This document shows positions 9,747 to 19,394 of a stretch of 64,000 nucleotides of DNA, in pieces. The notes under the pieces are model-generated. The model was not told the origin of the DNA and ran no database searches. It worked only from the letters and a program-made list of their open reading frames with translations. The DNA is taken from positions 22,464 through 86,463 of the forward strand of contig JAEOTR010000032.1 of NCBI GenBank assembly GCA_016839705.1, in the 5' to 3' direction. Position numbers and translations under genes: made by a program. This DNA comes from Promethearchaeota archaeon. Lineage in GTDB: Archaea > Asgardarchaeota > Lokiarchaeia > Sigyniarchaeales > SOKP01. How positions within the stretch are numbered: the stretch's first letter is position 1; every line of letters begins with the position of its first letter.

Positions 9747-11621
9747 ATGGTAACAATGAGCGAACAAGTTGACGAAAGCGAACCATCGAATTTGGATACT
9801 CCTGAAAATCAAGTTTTAAAAGAAGAGGTTAAACTTCAATTTTATTTGTATATTCTTATCTTTAGTTTTATTTTTTATAGTTCATGGGTTATCCCTGGTG
9901 TCTTCTTTTTTTGGTACGTTCTTCAAGTTTTTCTTCCTAATTTCTTAGAAATTTCTAATTTTATATTACTTTTTACAGAGCCTAACTCTTTAATTGCATT
10001 CCTCTTGATGCCCATCGTTCTCATCGGATGTTACCTACTTCATCTAATCATTTTGGGGATATCAACTAAAATTTGTTGGAAAATTTCTGAAAAGATTTCC
10101 CCATCTAAGCCCGGAGTAATACCCAGGAACATTCGAAGTAAAGCCGTCAATTATTATCATATTAGAAGCTTTATGATCAAATATGGCAAAAATTCATTTA
10201 CAAAAGGTGTTTTTCCGTGGTTAAGTAATTGGTTCTTTAATACTGTAGGCTCAAACAAAATTGGTAAAGGCACAACTCTAGAAGAATCTGTAGGAATGGA
10301 TAAATTTATTGAAATTAAAAAAAATTGTTATATTGGAGTTAATAGTACTCTAGCCAGTCATCTTATTCAAGGAATTTTTGGAAATATCTCCTATTTTAAA
10401 ATTAAAGTAGGGGATAATGTTACAGCAGCCGCTATGAGTCAAATTGGACCAGGCTCTGAAATAAATAATGATTCGTTCCTACTCCCCCTAGCTTCTGCAA
10501 CTAAACATAGTGTCTTAAAAGGAAAAAACTATTATTGGGGAATTCCCTTAAGAAAAATATTTAGAAAGAAAACTATAGAATATTTAGACCTTACTCCAAC
10601 AGATTTGCAAAAAAATGAGAATATTTTGGGGTATACAGATAAAAAACTTCTAAAACAACTAAAGGCAAAAGAGATTCAAGAAACGTTGACTAACGAAGCT
10701 GTTAAAATAGAACAGGAAATTTCTAACTTGGATGAGAAAAGAATTGATGTTATTAAATTAGAAAAACAAGATTTAGCAATTGATTTCACTACTAGCTCTG
10801 CTATCAGTAGAGTTAATTTAAAATTTTTAGCAGTCTATTTACCAATTTTCTGGTTAGCAGGCTTATTAATCTCAATATTATGGTATTGGTATTTGCTTGA
10901 TCAAAAGTGGATACCTATTTTATCATTTCTACCTCTTATTTTGTTTGGCTCAATATATCTTTTCATTTTAGCATGCATACTTTTCAGCAAATTACTCTTA
11001 ATTCTTATAAATTTAATACATAAACCAAAAGAAGGTATTTTTAAAGCAGAGATTGGGGATACCGACTTTGAATTTTGGACTTTAAGAACTGAATTGAAAA
11101 AAATCGCATTGTGGTTTATGCGAAATTCACCACTTCCATGGACTGACGTAGTATCATTAAGATTATTTGGTGTGGACATGGATGCTTCAAGTCATCTAAA
11201 TGATGCATGGTGTGATGCCGAGTTTATTAAGTTTGGGAGAAAAAACTTAATCGGACAAGGAGCTACGATTATGTCGTCCATGGTGGTAGGCCGATATTTG
11301 ATTATAAAAAAAGTTGTATGTGATGATTATATCATGATTGGTGGTCATACTACGATTGCACCGGGGACGATCATGGGTAAAGAATCCGTGATCGGTGCTA
11401 TTTCTTCTACTACAGTAAATCAGGTGTTAGAACCAAATTGGGTATATTTTGGAATTCCTGCTATTAAATTAAAAGAAAATAAGTATGCAGAAGAGAGGAG
11501 AGATGTAATTTTAAAGCGTGATGTGGATGAGGCAAAAAAATTTGAGATAGAACATGAAGTAAATATAGATGATGATAAAAAAGATTTAATTAAAAAAGAA
11601 AAAGAGGTAAAAGAAGTATGA
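9747..11621 (+). CDS. Membrane protein with two [2TM + LbH] modules, paralog 2
   Basis: Shares identical stretches with 4503-6332 (NYYHIRSF, YYWGIPLRKIFRKKT, DFTTSSAISRVN); overlaps the next gene by ATGA. Confidence 0.75.
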   Translation: MVTMSEQVDESEPSNLDTPENQVLKEEVKLQFYLYILIFSFIFYSSWVIPGVFFFWYVLQVFLPNFLEISNFILLFTEPNSLIAFLLMPIVLIGCYLLHLIILGISTKICWKISEKISPSKPGVIPRNIRSKAVNYYHIRSFMIKYGKNSFTKGVFPWLSNWFFNTVGSNKIGKGTTLEESVGMDKFIEIKKNCYIGVNSTLASHLIQGIFGNISYFKIKVGDNVTAAAMSQIGPGSEINNDSFLLPLASATKHSVLKGKNYYWGIPLRKIFRKKTIEYLDLTPTDLQKNENILGYTDKKLLKQLKAKEIQETLTNEAVKIEQEISNLDEKRIDVIKLEKQDLAIDFTTSSAISRVNLKFLAVYLPIFWLAGLLISILWYWYLLDQKWIPILSFLPLILFGSIYLFILACILFSKLLLILINLIHKPKEGIFKAEIGDTDFEFWTLRTELKKIALWFMRNSPLPWTDVVSLRLFGVDMDASSHLNDAWCDAEFIKFGRKNLIGQGATIMSSMVVGRYLIIKKVVCDDYIMIGGHTTIAPGTIMGKESVIGAISSTTVNQVLEPNWVYFGIPAIKLKENKYAEERRDVILKRDVDEAKKFEIEHEVNIDDDKKDLIKKEKEVKEV

Positions 11622-12526
11622 GTGTTCCTAATACAATGCGTGTTGGTCCTTTTACACCAACAATATTGGCAAAAAAAAGATATTTAATATTATACATTTT
11701 CCTTATTTGGGCGAGTATAATTCCACTATTATTAGAGTTTTGGATTTATTGGCGTTTTTTATGGTATTTACCAAGTCCAGTTCATTTTTATACTTATCTA
11801 CCTCTGTTAATATTTTTGATGTATGTTACGATTGTATTTTCAGCAATATTTTTTACCAAGATACTTTTGGTAATAATCAACGCTATTCATAAACCAAAAG
11901 AGGGGACATTTTTAAGGATCCCTGCAGATAAAGATTTTCGATATTGGAGTCTGCGGAATACAATTAAACGGTGGCCAGTTTGGCTTGCACATAGATTTCC
12001 TTTTCCAGGGATTTTAGATAATATATGTTTTAAAGCTTTCGGGGTTAAAACTAAAATCTCAAATTCTTTATTCGAAGGATGGGTTGACACAGAATTTATT
12101 GAATTTGGAAAAGATGTTGTGGTGGGACAAGGAGCAATCGTTCAATCAGCAGTAATTATTGGGAATCTTCTGATTATTAGAAAGACAGTTATTGAAGATA
12201 ATATAAGAATAGGTTCCCATGCTATAGTTATGCCAGGCACCCATATTGGGCATAACTGTATCTTAGCTGCCAATAGTGTAACTACGGTTGGGCAAGTGCT
12301 AGAGCATGATTGGATTTATGTTGGCATTCCTGCTAAAAAATTCAAAGTTAATTATTTCTTTGAAGATGGTCTTGAAGATAAATTAGGCGATGTGGAAGAT
12401 GTAGAGGCATTAAGAAAGCGATATGAAGAAATATATACAAAACGCTATGATGAGCTCACCCATAAAGAACGAAAAGAATTAAAGAAAGAGAAGAAAGAAG
12501 AAGAAAAAAAGAGATGGGAACCTTAG
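11618..12526 (+). CDS. Membrane protein with one [2TM + LbH] module
   Basis: IHKPKEG..FRYWSLR motif shared with module 2 of the paralogs; hexapeptide repeats VVGQGA, IGSHAIVMPGTHIGHNC, YVGIPA. Confidence 0.75.
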   Translation: MSVPNTMRVGPFTPTILAKKRYLILYIFLIWASIIPLLLEFWIYWRFLWYLPSPVHFYTYLPLLIFLMYVTIVFSAIFFTKILLVIINAIHKPKEGTFLRIPADKDFRYWSLRNTIKRWPVWLAHRFPFPGILDNICFKAFGVKTKISNSLFEGWVDTEFIEFGKDVVVGQGAIVQSAVIIGNLLIIRKTVIEDNIRIGSHAIVMPGTHIGHNCILAANSVTTVGQVLEHDWIYVGIPAKKFKVNYFFEDGLEDKLGDVEDVEALRKRYEEIYTKRYDELTHKERKELKKEKKEEEKKRWEP

Positions 12527-12564
12527 TTTTTAATGCTTATAACAAAAAACTTCTAACTTAAGAT

Positions 12565-12996
12565 CTAATATTCAAGGACTCCTGTTTGCATAATCATTTT
12601 CCATTCATTTTCTACCTTTGAAAACACTTTACAAACTCTACCTTTCCAATGGTTTTTATTCTCCTTAGAATCTATCCATAAGGTATCAATATCTACCACT
12701 GCAAAAGCTCCATCTCCTTCCTTCGAAATTACGATTTTCCGTATTTCTCGTTTATTAAGGACTAATCTATGCGTATTAAAAAGATCTAACCAACCCTTTC
12801 TCCAACGATCATAATTATATCTTCCCCATTCTAAAACCCAGTCAATGGGATCGTGAGATTGTGGTGTTTTAGGCCATGGCCATACCATATCTTGATGAAA
12901 AACCGTCATCAGGAGATCCACGTTTTGAGTATCCCAAGCTTTAGTTTCCCGGTTGACGATTTCTACAATCTCTTTTCTAACCTTATTATCGGACAT
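12565..12996 (-). CDS. SnoaL/NTF2-like protein
   Basis: 143 aa; AWDTQNVD N-terminal helix and KVFSKVENEWKMI C-terminal strand pattern. Confidence 0.75.
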   Translation of the reverse strand: MSDNKVRKEIVEIVNRETKAWDTQNVDLLMTVFHQDMVWPWPKTPQSHDPIDWVLEWGRYNYDRWRKGWLDLFNTHRLVLNKREIRKIVISKEGDGAFAVVDIDTLWIDSKENKNHWKGRVCKVFSKVENEWKMIMQTGVLEY

Positions 12997-13048
12997 AAAT
13001 ATAGTGAAGATCGACTTGTACTAAATGGAATTGAATAACTGATTAAAT

Positions 13049-14878
13049 TCAAAAATTGTATTCATGATTTAATATTTTCTTATAGATGTCTTCTGTTAAC
13101 GGCGTGTATTCTGACTTATTTGGAAGCATGACAAATAAAGCGTCATCAATTTTTTGAAGATTAATTCCTTCTTCTTTAAGTTCAATCTTTTTAAATTTAA
13201 AAGTATGTGTTGTTGAGAGACCTGACTTAAATCTAAGAAAAACAGGTATAGCATACGGAGCGAGATTGGCAAAAAAAAGCCCTTCCAGCTTCTTGAAGTC
13301 AAAATCATTAACACTAGATGTTGATACAATCGCTGCCATTCCTGCGCGTCCATCGGTAGCCGGTAATCTAACTCCATAAACGCATGACATTGAAATTTGA
13401 TCAAAAGTATTGAGGACCTCTTCTATTTCTGTAGTTGAAACATTATGTCCTTTCCATCGGAAAGTATCTCCGAGACGATCAACAAATTGAGCATGGTTAC
13501 AACCTTGATCCCGCATTAGATCACCAGTATTAAACCATACATCTCCTTCTTTAAAGACATTACGAAGTAATTTCGCTTCAGTTGCTTTTTCATCAGTATA
13601 TCCCCTAAATTTAGTAGTTTCTGTGCTTTCGAATAGGAGTAAGCCAACCTCGCCAGTACGTACTTTTTTCGAAAAACCTCTTTTGTTCTTTATAAGTTCA
13701 TCGTTCTCATGGTCATATCGTACAATAGCATAACCCCCCGTTGAATATCCGCAGGTGCAATCAAAGTTTAGTACATTAGCAAATGCACCGTTTCCTTCTG
13801 AAGAACCATAAAATTCACCAATATAGGGGATATCAAATCTCTTTTTAAAATCCTGCCATATGTCTGGACGAAGACCATTCCCAATCACTGCTCTTACAGG
13901 ATTATCCGAATCATCCGGTTTAGGAGGTTGATTCATTAAATAACGACATATCTCACCAACATAACTAAAGCAAGTAGCATTATATCTCCGAACATCATCC
14001 CAAAAATGACTAACGCTGAACTTACGAGCGATTGCTAAAGCGCTACCATTAACAAGAGCAGATGGCCAACCCGTCATTAGAGCTGTGCCATGAAAAAAGG
14101 GAAGTGAAATATATATTGTATCATCCGAGGTAAATTGTGCAATCATAGTCCCAAAAACATATCCCCCGAGAGTCACTCTAGCATGAGTTAAGAGTGCTGC
14201 TTTAGGTAATCCCGTTGTACCAGAAGTATAAATATAGGCAATAACATCTTGAGGTGTGATACTAGTCGTAGTTGTTGGATTTTCTACAGGAAGATTTAAA
14301 ACAGCTTTTGGGAGGTCGGTAAATCCCTCAGGAAGGTCCATCTCACCACTATCATGTACAAAACAGAGTTGTTTAGCATCTGATAAGTTGATATCTGATT
14401 TGATCTCATTGAAAGTGTCAAAACATTCTTCACCAACAACAATAATTTTGCCCGGAGTAAGGTTTAAACTATATACTAAGGTTTTTTTCCGCAGATCAGT
14501 ATTGATTAATGAAGATATTGACCCAATTTTAGCATTTGCACTATATAATAATAATAGTTCTATTCGGTTTTTTACTAAAACCTTTACAACATCACCCTTT
14601 TTCAAACCTAAAGAAATGAAGTAATTTGCATACTGGTTTACTTTATCATTAAATTCTTGATATGTAAGAACATTATCTTCAAATTTAATAGCGGGATTAT
14701 TAGGGAATTCTACGGCATTTTTTTCTAGAATTGATCCCCATGAAGTTTTATTTTCTGCAGATATTTTACCAATCTCTAGGATGAGTGGAGCATGTTTTTT
14801 AGTCCACTCTAGAAATCTTTTATTAAATTCTTCACTGTCAATAAGGTCTGAATTATTCTGTTTTGATATATCTAACAT
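13049..14878 (-). CDS. Long-chain acyl-CoA synthetase (FATP-like)
   Basis: YIYTSGTTGLPKAA, YVGEICRYL, EFYGSSEG, WFNTGDL, DRLGDTFRWKGHNVST. Confidence 0.93.
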   Translation of the reverse strand: MLDISKQNNSDLIDSEEFNKRFLEWTKKHAPLILEIGKISAENKTSWGSILEKNAVEFPNNPAIKFEDNVLTYQEFNDKVNQYANYFISLGLKKGDVVKVLVKNRIELLLLYSANAKIGSISSLINTDLRKKTLVYSLNLTPGKIIVVGEECFDTFNEIKSDINLSDAKQLCFVHDSGEMDLPEGFTDLPKAVLNLPVENPTTTTSITPQDVIAYIYTSGTTGLPKAALLTHARVTLGGYVFGTMIAQFTSDDTIYISLPFFHGTALMTGWPSALVNGSALAIARKFSVSHFWDDVRRYNATCFSYVGEICRYLMNQPPKPDDSDNPVRAVIGNGLRPDIWQDFKKRFDIPYIGEFYGSSEGNGAFANVLNFDCTCGYSTGGYAIVRYDHENDELIKNKRGFSKKVRTGEVGLLLFESTETTKFRGYTDEKATEAKLLRNVFKEGDVWFNTGDLMRDQGCNHAQFVDRLGDTFRWKGHNVSTTEIEEVLNTFDQISMSCVYGVRLPATDGRAGMAAIVSTSSVNDFDFKKLEGLFFANLAPYAIPVFLRFKSGLSTTHTFKFKKIELKEEGINLQKIDDALFVMLPNKSEYTPLTEDIYKKILNHEYNF

Positions 14879-15163
14879 TTGAGTCCATTTTTCTTTTTTA
14901 GTTGAAAATAAATCTAAATTTAGAAAAAAAAATCTATAGACTTATTAGATCTTTTCAGATTATAAATCTATCAATATATCAAAAATTTCTAGAAAAAATT
15001 ACTCAAAAAATTAAAAAAAAGAGATATATAGAAATGGAGGAATTTTTCAAGAAGCCGACAAATTTTTTTAAAAAAAAGAAAGAGAAAAAGAGGAAAAGGT
15101 GTTTACTGATCCTCTATTTTCTATTTTTATAGTGTAAATATATAGAAATGAAAATTTAGTTTG

Positions 15164-16480
15164 TTAAAATTTGAGGAAAGATTGAAGAAATTCCCTCTTC
15201 TGTTCCATTGCTTCTTGGATTTCTGGACCTGGGGGATTACCTAGCATATTATTCATTCCAACTATGAGATTATTGGTACCCTTGAAATCCAGCACGTTCA
15301 TCTTTGTAGACCCTCCAACAATTACACATTCGCTTGACCTCAACAAGGCAATATGAACCCAGGAGGCATCAACATTTTGGACATTGTTGCCAAGAATCAA
15401 ATTGTTATAGGCAAAAAAACATCCAATACCATAATCTCCTGTACCACGAATTATGTTGTTAGAGATAAAAGCATCCTGCAACCCCTCTGTCCAAATTCCG
15501 CCATATATTGTATCTTCTAAAATAATTTTATTATGAGAGACAACTGCTTCGAGTGATTTGATTGGTGTATGATCCCATAAACCTATACCATCGGCAGAAT
15601 TTGACACCTTTAAATTATTATGAGTGATAAGCCACTGGGAAGGGGATAAAGATGGAGTTAAATCTCCTATTTGCCATACCCAAATACCATTTAAAAATTC
15701 TGTCTGGATATCATTACGAGAAATCTCAAATTTTGAATAGCTATTATCCATGTTAACTATTCCAAAAGTACCTCCTTTAAATGAATTTGACTTAATTTTC
15801 ATTTCAGCATTCATTAACACGTAAGCAGAAATACCTCCCCAAAGTGAGTCAAAGTTGCATTTAGTAATAATATGTCTCCCAGTTCCATAATTACATTCAA
15901 TTCCTAATCTAATATTAAAACTTTTAATATAAGGAAAAGGGGGAAATGTGCCTTCATGACCAGTACATTTAATACTTTCAATTCGGGAATTTATATCTCC
16001 TGTTATTAAGATAAGTGATACCAAATCGTAGGCTGGGTCAGGGTCGTACCATAGTTCAGCAGGTTTTTCAGGTGTAATATCAAAACTTAAATCAGAAATA
16101 CATACTTCTCCTCCTGCAAACGTAAACAAACTAGGTCCATAAGGACCAAGTACTCCTGGTGCTTCAGGATCTAATCCTCTAGGAACATCAATTTTGGTAA
16201 GATCCATGCCTGCCCCCATAAATGTACCATAGAAATTTTCAGCTAAAATTGCATTAGTATAAAATTGACCTAGAGTTAATTGAACAATGCTTCCTGGACC
16301 TGCTGCAATGGCATCATCGAATGCTGCTTGGATGTTTGCAGTATCATCTACACCTGTTGGAGATACAGTAAAAGTAGGTGAATCAGCGCGGACTAGTCCG
16401 ATTATCATAGTAAAAGTTCCAAATATCATTGCTAATGTAAAAATTCCGATTATTAGACTTGATTTTGTTTTCATTTTCAT
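15164..16480 (-). CDS. Secreted right-handed parallel beta-helix protein
   Basis: N-terminal signal/TM segment, DDTANIQAAFD motif, Asn-ladder repeats (ISRNDI, ITHNNL, ISNNII). Confidence 0.75.
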   Translation of the reverse strand: MKMKTKSSLIIGIFTLAMIFGTFTMIIGLVRADSPTFTVSPTGVDDTANIQAAFDDAIAAGPGSIVQLTLGQFYTNAILAENFYGTFMGAGMDLTKIDVPRGLDPEAPGVLGPYGPSLFTFAGGEVCISDLSFDITPEKPAELWYDPDPAYDLVSLILITGDINSRIESIKCTGHEGTFPPFPYIKSFNIRLGIECNYGTGRHIITKCNFDSLWGGISAYVLMNAEMKIKSNSFKGGTFGIVNMDNSYSKFEISRNDIQTEFLNGIWVWQIGDLTPSLSPSQWLITHNNLKVSNSADGIGLWDHTPIKSLEAVVSHNKIILEDTIYGGIWTEGLQDAFISNNIIRGTGDYGIGCFFAYNNLILGNNVQNVDASWVHIALLRSSECVIVGGSTKMNVLDFKGTNNLIVGMNNMLGNPPGPEIQEAMEQKREFLQSFLKF

Positions 16481-16557
16481 TTTTTTTCACTCCATTTTTC
16501 TAATTTCTATTTTATTTCACTTTTTTTTCTAAAAAAATGATTAAATTTTATTTTTCG

Positions 16558-16644
16558 ACCTCTTTTTGTTAGATTGTTGTTATTGATGTCACTCTCGCAA
16601 TTTTATTTTTAGATTTGGCTTCGGAATATTGTGTAAAGGTCGAA
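16558..16644 (-). promoter_or_regulatory. Bipartite conserved upstream element, copy A
   Basis: Reverse strand contains CAATATTCCGAAGCCAAATCTAAAA (16607-16631) and AATAACAACAATCTAACAAAAAGAGGT; aligns without gaps to 18171-18257. Confidence 0.65.
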
Positions 16645-16782
16645 GTTTAAAGAATTTTGAATTAATATATAATGCAGATTTAAAATGAACTTTTTTTAAA
16701 AAAAGAATATAAGTACATTTAGCATATTTTTAAATGAATATCTTAAGATAGGTTAATAACACTATTAAAGTAATATTCTATA

Positions 16783-18159
16783 TTGAAAATAAGAGTTCCG
16801 TGGTGTTTTCATAAGATTTGTGCTAAAAAACTAAATTATCCTCCTCAAGAAATAATTATCTCTTCAGGGATTGAGAAAAAAGATTTTGAATATATTATTT
16901 TATGGATGCTTAATAATAATGAAGAATGCAATTGGTCTGACTTTTTAGACAATCCCTTAGGATTTAGTCTTGCCACCTTATCAAAATATATGAATCTATT
17001 AATGACAAATGGATTTGTTGAAAAGAAAGAGAAGGGTCTATACATGATTACACCTGAAGGAAAAAAAAGATATTTTGATTTAAGGTTTAAAGATTCTTTT
17101 GATAGAAAATTAAGATATCCTCCAGAAATAATTCTAAATAAGCGAAATTATGACCACATAATTCTCTGGATGCTACATAATAATGAATATTGCAAATGGA
17201 AAGATTTTCTTGAAAAACCACTCTCTATCAATAATAATTCTCTCTCAAAAAATTTAAATCTTTTAAGAGAAAAAGGTTATGTGAAGGTCGAAGATATGGA
17301 ATATCAGATTACTAAAACTGGTGAATCTCAATATTCAAAAATTTTAAAAAAATATGATTTAGATTATCAGACAATTTTTAAGGAAGAAATTAAAAGAATT
17401 GAAGATATTAAAGAAAAAACAAAGAAATTCCTTGATAAGTATGAAATTGAAGATGATAAGGTTAAGATCATATTCTTAGATTTACTTAATCATTTAGATT
17501 ATTCTAAATCTGAAAATTTATTATCATCAAAGGAAGATTATTATAAGATTCTATTATTCTTTTCTTTTAATCATCCATCAATGTATCCAAATTTTATATC
17601 ACCTGAGGAATTTTCTCTTAAATTTGATATTAAATTAACTACACTTAATTTTTTTATACAGAACATTGTGGAAGAGAATTTATATGAAATAAAATTCTTT
17701 AATTTGAGATTTGGGGGAAAAGAAAATTATTTTTTCCGAGTAGACAAAAAATTTGAGAAGATGTTAAATTTAATCATCGATGAAAACATAACGAAATTTA
17801 GCTTTCTCCATAAACTGCAGCAAAATACTCCAAAAGACGAAAAAAATCTGCAAACTATAAGTTTAGTTGAAAACATTATAGAAGATATCTATAATAACAT
17901 GTTTGATCAAAAAGTAAAGCCGTATATTTTAAAGTTTCTACCAGATTATGTCAAATATCTATACGCGAATTTTAAGAGAAAAAATTATTCCGATAATGTA
18001 ATAGAAACTTTCAAGGGCATGATCTATCAAAATATTATTACTTTAGATATGGAATACTATAAAGAAATGATAGTAAAGAGAGAATTAGTATCGTTTCTCT
18101 TGAAAGACTTTCCAAAATACACCATTTTAGATGAAATAAAGAAAAAATGGATTAAATAA
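16783..18159 (+). CDS. Tandem winged-helix DNA-binding protein with helical C-terminal domain
   Basis: Two internal ~90-aa repeats (KLxYPP..IILWMLxNNExCxWxDFL..LSKxxNLL..GxV..YxITxxG). Confidence 0.7.
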   Translation: MKIRVPWCFHKICAKKLNYPPQEIIISSGIEKKDFEYIILWMLNNNEECNWSDFLDNPLGFSLATLSKYMNLLMTNGFVEKKEKGLYMITPEGKKRYFDLRFKDSFDRKLRYPPEIILNKRNYDHIILWMLHNNEYCKWKDFLEKPLSINNNSLSKNLNLLREKGYVKVEDMEYQITKTGESQYSKILKKYDLDYQTIFKEEIKRIEDIKEKTKKFLDKYEIEDDKVKIIFLDLLNHLDYSKSENLLSSKEDYYKILLFFSFNHPSMYPNFISPEEFSLKFDIKLTTLNFFIQNIVEENLYEIKFFNLRFGGKENYFFRVDKKFEKMLNLIIDENITKFSFLHKLQQNTPKDEKNLQTISLVENIIEDIYNNMFDQKVKPYILKFLPDYVKYLYANFKRKNYSDNVIETFKGMIYQNIITLDMEYYKEMIVKRELVSFLLKDFPKYTILDEIKKKWIK

Positions 18160-18170
18160 TAAAATTGTAA

Positions 18171-18257
18171 TTCGCACTTTGTTCAATATTCCGAAGCAAA
18201 ATCTAAAATAATTCGGTGAAACAAATAGAGAATAATAAAAATCTATAAAAAAGAGGT
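18171..18257 (+). promoter_or_regulatory. Bipartite conserved upstream element, copy B
   Basis: CAATATTCCGAAGCAAAATCTAAAA (18184-18208) and AATAATAAAAATCTATAAAAAAGAGGT; ends 9 nt before ATG 18267. Confidence 0.65.
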
Positions 18258-18266
18258 TAATTAAAA

Positions 18267-18950
18267 ATGAAGAAATCGAACTTAGGAAAATTTTTCCTTG
18301 CATTAATAACTTTTTTAATTGTCTTTTCACACTTTCTAGCAATTGGGTATTCGAATGCGGTAGGAATACCAAATGGACTTCAAGTTAAACATAATTATAG
18401 CACCAACGTAATGTCGGGAATAACTCCTTCCACAATGACATTTACTAAATCATCGAGTGACACTATTCATATCACTAATTACTTGGGAGGTGATATTGAT
18501 GATACAGGTTCTTGGGACACTAACACCAACACTAGAATTATATCAAACCAAGTAAATTTTGGGCCTTTTAATGGTGACCATTCTGTCTTTTGGATTTATA
18601 CTAATATTTCCTTGGATGATCAATTATTAATGTGTAATATATGGAAGGGCGTCCATAATGGCCTTACAAATGGTGATGCTACGTTCAATGTTACTGGTGA
18701 GGCTATGCATGGTACCATGGAGGTTTGGATTTTAAAAGATGCTCATGGGAGTGAGATGTGGTATGAAAAAGCGAGAGGATTTCTCGTAAATGGTACATTA
18801 AAACACTCCACGGATTATAATACATATGAATTTGTAAGTGTTGGAGTTACAGGTCTTCCAGGTGTTTCCGGATACAGTTTATTTTTGATAATTTGTGTTA
18901 CAGCCATGATCTCATTTGTCATAATACAGAGAAAGAAAATTAAGAATTAA
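18267..18950 (+). CDS. Secreted/surface protein with C-terminal anchor (Loki-CTERM-like)
   Basis: N-terminal signal peptide; C-terminal PGVSGY + TM helix + RKKIKN; several N-X-S/T sequons. Confidence 0.7.
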   Translation: MKKSNLGKFFLALITFLIVFSHFLAIGYSNAVGIPNGLQVKHNYSTNVMSGITPSTMTFTKSSSDTIHITNYLGGDIDDTGSWDTNTNTRIISNQVNFGPFNGDHSVFWIYTNISLDDQLLMCNIWKGVHNGLTNGDATFNVTGEAMHGTMEVWILKDAHGSEMWYEKARGFLVNGTLKHSTDYNTYEFVSVGVTGLPGVSGYSLFLIICVTAMISFVIIQRKKIKN

Positions 18951-18962
18951 ATAATAGTTTCA

Positions 18963-18976
18963 TTTTTTTTTTTTTT
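18963..18976 (+). terminator. Oligo-T archaeal-type terminator candidate
   Basis: Run of 14 T starting 13 nt after the stop of 18267-18950. Confidence 0.45.
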
Positions 18977-19013
18977 AAGTTTGAAGTTTGATTACCTTTG
19001 AACTCTTAAAAAA

Positions 19014-19035
19014 ATTCCGAAGTAAAATCTAAAAA
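19014..19035 (+). promoter_or_regulatory. Third copy of the conserved core motif
   Basis: ATTCCGAAGTAAAATCTAAAAA, about 95 nt upstream of the ubiquitin-like gene. Confidence 0.6.
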
Positions 19036-19127
19036 TGTTTAGCACACTATGATTTATTTAATAATTATTATGATATAGTAACAATTTTTTATTACTGCTT
19101 GAATTAATCAAAAAGACTTGACAAAAA

Positions 19128-19382
19128 ATGATAATATCGGTTGAAGATTCAAGAGCAGGCAAAATAATTAAATTAGATGTTAATAAAAAGCATTTAATCG
19201 AAAGTATTATAACTATTGTTGTTAAACATATGAATGTCATTGTCGCAGAACAACGTTCTTTTGCTTTAATTTATAAAGGTAAAGAACTACCTAATTCAAT
19301 AACTGTTGGAGACGTTGTTCAAAATTATGGTTTAAAAGAAAATGACAAACTAGAACTATGGGCAAAAGTAATAGGGGGTTAA
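19128..19382 (+). CDS. Ubiquitin-like protein with exposed C-terminal GG
   Basis: 84 aa; beta-grasp pattern (KIIKLDV, LIYKGKEL, YGLKENDKLEL); ends VIGG*. Confidence 0.85.
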   Translation: MIISVEDSRAGKIIKLDVNKKHLIESIITIVVKHMNVIVAEQRSFALIYKGKELPNSITVGDVVQNYGLKENDKLELWAKVIGG

Positions 19383-19394
19383 TTAATCAAGTTT

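Noticed and set aside
14902-15132. 76-aa Lys-rich ORF
   Set aside because: Translation of A-rich intergenic DNA; no motif
16558-18257. Insertion sequence with terminal inverted repeats
   Set aside because: The enclosed protein has no recognisable DDE, HUH or recombinase motif and no target-site duplication was seen; a third core copy lies outside, favouring a regulatory site
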